Part shown: positions 57,241 to 64,000 of the stretch, piece after piece
How positions within the stretch are numbered: the first letter of the stretch is position 1
Layout of the letters: every line of letters begins with the position of its first letter
Assembly (NCBI RefSeq): GCF_009914755.1
Contig: NC_060928.1
Source of the DNA: the human T2T-CHM13v2.0 reference genome, Homo sapiens
Length of the DNA stretch: 64,000 nt
Direction: 5' to 3' (one strand)
Notes under the pieces: model-generated
The model's input: only the letters and a program-made list of their open reading frames with translations
The model's database searches: none
Told to the model about the DNA's origin: nothing
Made by a program: the position numbers and the translations under genes

Positions 57241-59573
57241 AAAAATTCGGAGGAGGAAATATGGCTAGAATGAAGGAATTTAACAACCACCACCACCAAA
57301 ACAATATCAAAATAGCAAAAAGTCACTAAGCAATTTAAATAAAATTATTCCTATACCAATAAAATGCAAAGCAATTTTATATTCCCTCTCTAAGTTAATA
57401 TACTATCTGGGCTTTCAAAAAAAGGCATACTATTCTAGTCAGTGATAAATGAATTATGCTTTCTTAGTGAGTGATACAGTAACCTTGTAAATGTTTGAAT
57501 CCATAAGCCAATGAGCCTTTTCACAAAATGTAACAGTGTGTTTGCTAGTGTGCTGATATTGTTATCATATGCTTATATGTACTTATAAAAAAAGTACTTT
57601 AAAAAATGAAATGCCCCAAAAGATGTACTGTAAATATTCAAGTAAAATAAAAGTATGTTCTGTTTTCTAGAGTGAATTTCAGTATCTCATGCTATCCCAA
57701 ATATAAATGAGGCAATTTTCTATAAAATCAATTATTAATCCTACCAATTATATATAAAATACCAAAATGTCTGATATCAACATTATCTATTTAAACTAAA
57801 ATAAGTAACTCATTCAACTAAAAGGATTTGCATTTATACTTGAAGCCTGTTGCTGGAGTACTTGGCCCAAGGATTTGTTATTTCTCTTTTTTTTCCCCTT
57901 AGTCAAAGTCTGTCTTAAACATATTCCCCAACTAAGCCTCATTTTGATAGTTATGAGACATTTTGACTATTCTTTTGAAAATAAAAAAGTATCCAGTGCC
58001 TGTCAAATCTCTAAAGCTTTAGTCTGATGTGAGTTTTAAAAAAGAACTGAATTTTTAGTTGTACAGATGATTAATGAGAGAAGACTGTGCACTGAAACAC
58101 AAAGAAGGAGGTTAATGGGCCATACACACTTAACTGGAATATTATGGAGGAACTGGAAAATGTCACATATTAAACAGGTGCAGCATTAATCCAAGCTTCC
58201 CTGAAAGTTTTTCACATAGAACCTTTTAGGTAATAAAAGAAAAATAGAAGGTATAAATTGAAATAGATAAAATTTAAAAATAAGTAAGATTAGTGATACA
58301 AGGAAAAGAAGAAAACTTCCATTGGTAGTAGTATATATGCATAGTTTTGTCTAGCTAGATAATGTAAGGGGATCAACTGTTATTTGTATCATCTGTTCCT
58401 CTGTCAGATCTGAATTCAGAGCAAGGAAAAAATTTGAAAAAATAAAAACAATTATGTGAGCACACTATGCAGTTTGTGGTCTAATTTTATTAAATTATTT
58501 GTATTCAATCCGAATGTCAAAATTTCTCGCTTGACCAAATTGCTAGTCTACACATCAAGCATGCTTGCATCATTATCTATACCACCTTGTCTTATTTTGT
58601 TGAGATTTAATATCTCGATGCTAATTATCCTTATTTCATGCTTCTCCTCTTCTGAAAGTTCATGTCTTCTCTCAATTCATGTCCTATTTTTGTTGTCCAC
58701 ATCTTTCCTGTTCTATTTTGAGAAGTGAATACAACAGAAATGAATGTGGTCAAATATCAAGACAAATTTCAAAGCAGAAAAAACCTGAGGTGTAAACAAT
58801 TTATTATACTTGATATAGATTCATTTTTTTAATGTGTTTCATGTATTTGGACTATTTCTCCCAATTATTTTCTTGTTACGACTGCATGTGAAACTTTCAA
58901 GCTGTAGCTTATTTTTAAAAATATTGAACCAAATGTATTTTCTTCTGGAATACCTTGGCTTACTTTATCCACTTTCAATAAAAAAATAGTCTGATTTAAT
59001 ATGCAGCAAGCTATCATGGGACGTATGGTTGAGTTGTTTGTGGAAAGGGTTAACCAAAATCATCAATGTATGTAAGGATGAAAATGTATCCAAGGAAAAA
59101 CAGGAAGATTGTCAGTAATTAGGCAGCCCAGGGTTGATTTCCTTCCTGTACCAAACAATCTAGATGATTTCTAAAATCTCCACAGCAAATGTGAACAAAA
59201 TTATGAGGCAGAAAAAAAAAATAAGAAATAATTAGACAAACACATCTGCTAGTGACTGCCAGATAAAGTACCTTAAAGAAGTTGGGAGGAACTGTAGTCA
59301 CATGTATACTTAACTTTGAAATTTTAAAATATGAAAAAATACTTCTATGAAAAATAGAAAATGAATGCATCATTGTATTAACTAAATAGAGTCAATTATA
59401 TTGAGTTTCATTTTCCCTATTGATTACCTACCGAGTTAAATTGCTTCCAGTTTTACAGTATTTCATACTGCCATTCCTAGACTCATATCTGGACTGTTTC
59501 ACAGTATCGACTTTAGAGAATATAGAGGGATAATCTTGGAAACAGAGAAACAACATTGTTCATTGATTTTAAA

Positions 59574-59650
59574 ATCATATATATATGATTATATATATGA
59601 TTATATATGATATGTATGATATATATGATAATATATATCATATATATATA
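59574..59650. repeat. AT-rich (TATATGA/TA)n low-complexity repeat
   Basis: Directly visible. Confidence 0.9.
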
Positions 59651-62600
59651 CACACAAATAGTCAAAAAGTCATTTTAGCCAAAATGAATTCCATGTCAAT
59701 AAAAATAAAATAACGAAATGATACCATCAATCAAAAAGAGATGAGAAAATGGAGGAAATGAATATTGGAAAATAGAGTCACTGACTTAATTGTTGGATTT
59801 CTAGTGAAGCAGGTAAAGAAATTAAATTATCTTCGGTAGAGTTATCCTACCTAGGGCCACATGTCTTTAACCTGGCACCAACAAAGTACTAAAACCATAT
59901 AACAAAACATTCTTTTATTAATTCCATGTTTATCAAATGATTTTCTGGTATACATTTGGGTCCTCATATAACTTTGTCTATCTAGAAAGAACACTTTTGT
60001 TAACTTAAAAGGAATATTTCAGTTCCTACAGCATTTCTTTATATTAACTGGTTTAAACACCAATCTCCGTTAGTTAATGTTAGTATACCCCTAACAAAAA
60101 CTGGATTAATAATCAGGTATCTGGGCAGGAAATGCTGTGCCTCAGGGTCTACTAGCAGTGAATGAGTAAGGAAATGATTCTTTGTGTCTTTCTGTAGTAA
60201 GGCAGTCATAGCTTCTGTTTTACAAAGCATAATTATAGCTACCAATATTTTGGAGCCATAGATCATCAGTAAAAGGCTATATTTGTGTGCATAATATTTG
60301 ATATAAAAAGTTAAGGCTTCCAGTCTTATTTTATTTTCTGTTATGATAACTTTTCTAATTACATGGTATTATATTTTCAGATATGAGCACACACAATGAA
60401 AACAATTAAAAAAACAAAATTACCATTCACAGTTTGCCTTCTTTTCATCAAATTGGTCTCATGTCATATAAACGTAGTTTATTTTAGAGATGCAGTGTTC
60501 CTTTGTATTCATAGCATCATCACTCAAGATGGTAATTATTATGGTGAACATTTGGGTCATTAGACTGACTTATAGTTTAACAGATTGCTGGGAAATTGGA
60601 TCTTATCCTTAAGCTCCAATGTCTGTATGGGCCTGATAATGTTGAAAATTCAGTCCTCATTGTACCTAACCTTAGGAAATGAATAAATGACTATTTGGAG
60701 TCCTGGCTCCCTTTGTGCTTTTATATTCCTGAGGGCATGGTTTTACAATACTTCATAGAATATGTCAAAGACTAATTGTGAAATATTTGGATGTAAGTTG
60801 ATTTGGATGTCCCTGATTACACAACATCTGCATGTAAGATAATATACTATTTTCAATTATGATTTTCTCAAGTTCTCAAAATACAGGATTGACTTTTAAC
60901 TGGAACTATTTCTGTGTGCTGGCATAATACCATTTGTGGTATTTTCTTATATTTATTCTGTATATTAAAAAGGGATATTAATTAACTAAAAGGGTTTTTG
61001 TGCTTACTTTAGACAATAAAGAAATTTATTATGAAAGTTTACTCATAAATATGCTGGAGAGTCATTTCATAATAAAGTATGACATTATTTTATTTATGTC
61101 TCCCCAAGGGTAAAGATCATTCAAGCAGAACTATCTCCTGTATCAGTATTTATTCACCTAAATAGACTGTTTTGGTTAAAATTTTAATGAAAAGTCATGC
61201 TTACATTACTGTATAATTTTGTATATGCATGGGTATTTATCTGTTTAAAGTAGAGTAGAGATGTAGTTGACATGAATGGATGTCTGCCTAGTTCACAAAA
61301 GTATGACCATGAAAATAAAATATCATTTCTATGATACTCCCTTATTAGGGAGCTATATCCCTTTCTCACTTCAACCTTGAAACTGTAATGTCAGAGATTA
61401 CAGTATCTACTTCCCTGTGCAGTACTTTTTGATCCAAGTAACAGATCCATGATCTGAGAATAGTCAAAGTGCATCTAGATTTTTCAAGAGTTGGAGAGTG
61501 CAAAGGTTTCACTTCTGATGGTATATGTTGTAAGAATCAGTCTGTATCTGTCAGTGCCAAATTAAGTAAGATGGAATAAGAATAAAGCTGATGCTCAGAG
61601 AAGGGGGAATGAGAGTTAGAGGTAGTATTGACTATTTAAAATCCGTCCTGAGGTCAGACCCACAAATGCATTTTCTGTTATTTTATTTCAATACTGATAA
61701 AACCTTCTTTTTATGGTTAGTTCAAATTAGTTCATTTTTTTCAATTTCAATTGAAATAACAGGTGTAAAAAACCACAAAAGTACCCCATTTCCCCTTGCA
61801 AATGTATTGTTCTGAAGCTAGACTGATATTGAAATACTTGAGGTCAACCTAAAATGATACTATTTTACTCATGCTTTCATTTTTAGTATATTTTCCTTAG
61901 ATTTTACAAGAGGTAAAAACATCTACTATAGATGTGTTAATTTTTGAGATTGCTTTTAGTCTTGATATCTGGTGTGTGTGTGGCTGGGACAGTGGAACAT
62001 GATGGAAAGACTGAAAATGATACAATTCCAAAAAGCTGTTTTTACAGTTTGAAGCCTAGCCTCAGAGTAAAATCCCAATACTATCATGCAAAAAATTACT
62101 AGATTTGCACCAAGTATGAATAGGTTGGAAAACTAAAAAGGCCTATGAGGCCCTATAAGAAGAATCTTATTAGTGTTTAATAAAGGTAAAGGTAAAGTAC
62201 AACAGAAATAAAATGCAGGAAATCATTGAAAGTCTGTCTTTCAGGAACAGAGCCTTTCTCCCTAAAGGTCCTTTCTCAGTCTCACAGACACATTTTATCT
62301 GTATATTACGAACCTTCAGGATTTGAGCTTACTATAATAATTTAAGGGAAGTGCAGAAAAGTCTTTATAGCAGTCTCTCTCATACATTGTTGGTCATATA
62401 CATCTCAAGCTAAGTTGTGTAAACCATCAAACTAAACATTCTCAATGATATAGACCAGTTGGCACTAAACTTAAAGCAACATATTATGAATCACTAACTA
62501 GCACATGCCATTTTCATCTTGCTCACGGGTCAGTGTTATGCTTCCAATGCATCTCTAGATATAAATATCAAGCTGTTCCAGTCCAACTGTAAGAGAGTCC

Positions 62601-62814
62601 TCTCTTATGTAGCCATACATTAACATATATGAGAATATAAAATGTGTTGAGGAAAAAGTATCAAAGGATTGAGAAATCTACATTAATTTTAAAAAGAATG
62701 AACTAAGAGAAGCCCAGGCCATATTTAATGTCATCAAAGATAATTCTAGTGCTTTGGCATTATTTTTTCACATGCTTTTTCTTTCTTTTCCCCTTGACTG
62801 ATTTTCTCCTAACT

Positions 62815-63095
62815 AGCTTTAATCAATTTTATAGAATTATAATTTGCATATAGGGCACACATTTTAGTCCAGTTCAGTTTTACAAATTTATAAAGCTAGA
62901 TAATCACCTATACAATCAAATATAGAATATTCCCTTCACCTACACATTTATTGCATGACCTTTGTCAATGAAATTCCCCACTTCAACCCCAGAAAAGTTT
63001 AAGGCATTCTGTCTTTATATAATTTCAAATTTTATCTACATGGAGGCATACAGTATTTATTATTTATTATCCGCCTTCTTTCCTCTAGTATATGA
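62815..63095 (-). mobile_element. Ancient L1 (L1ME-like) 3' fragment
   Basis: TATAATTTGCATATA...ACAATCAAATATAGAATATTCCC...CATACAGTAT resemble the antisense L1ME 3'UTR. Confidence 0.5.
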
Positions 63096-63304
63096 TAAAA
63101 CTTCACCTTTTTTTTTTTTTTTTGTATAAAGGAATGACAATCCTTCAATTGTAAAAACTAAAGAACACGCCACCCAACTAATCACATGTCTTAGGGTATA
63201 TTTCTGAAAAATAAGATATATATTTTAAAAGCAACTTTATTAAAACTCGGGGCTATTAAAGTATATATACAAATACAACACTAGAAAATAAAGTTATGTT
63301 TCCA

Positions 63305-63707
<403 letters not shown>

Positions 63708-64000
63708 TTATGTTTTAAGCATTAGTTCAAGTGGACTTGTTTTTAACTCCGAATTTAGAGTTAGATTCCATATAATCTTTGCTACTGAAGATTGACTTGG
63801 TCGTGATTATAAAGGTTTCATTAGTCAATTCAGAGTATGGCTATATTTCTTACTCTTTTTATCTTCTTGATATTATACCACCTAGGTTGGGTTATATAAA
63901 TGTGAATTCAACATACAGCCAAGTATAATCCCTTTCTCTTCGGCAGTACTAACTCAAGCCTATCTGTCTGAAGTATGTGTCTCTTTGTTTTTGTAACTTC

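Noticed and set aside
59574-59650. AT-rich palindromic-looking tract as a functional array or CRISPR-like repeat
   Set aside because: Simple TA-derived low complexity with no repeat-spacer structure, in eukaryotic context.

Overview
AT-rich primate (most likely human) non-coding DNA, either a gene desert or the interior of a very large intron. I found no intact protein-coding gene, RNA gene, CpG island or CRISPR-type structure. The ORF track consists of Alu, L1 and LTR read-throughs plus chance ORFs. Much of the window is interspersed repeat: about 17 Alu/FLAM copies, L1 pieces of several ages, many MaLR/ERV1/ERVL LTRs (with a dense, partly nested cluster at ~46.9-52.1 kb), Tigger3/MER20/MER58 DNA-transposon fossils, MIR/L2 remnants and microsatellites. 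The only gene-derived sequence is a disabled RPL31 processed pseudogene (~23.24-23.67 kb, +) inserted into an old L1. The most interesting observations are mutational scars: two adjacent L1s that both lost most of their coding interior, a 131-bp copy of one L1 5'UTR inside the neighbouring L1 3'UTR, a 35-bp micro-inversion, fold-back palindromes and a three-level LTR nest. Repeat subfamily names come from my recollection of consensus sequences, not from a search, and boundaries are approximate. I see no evidence of a novel biological system.
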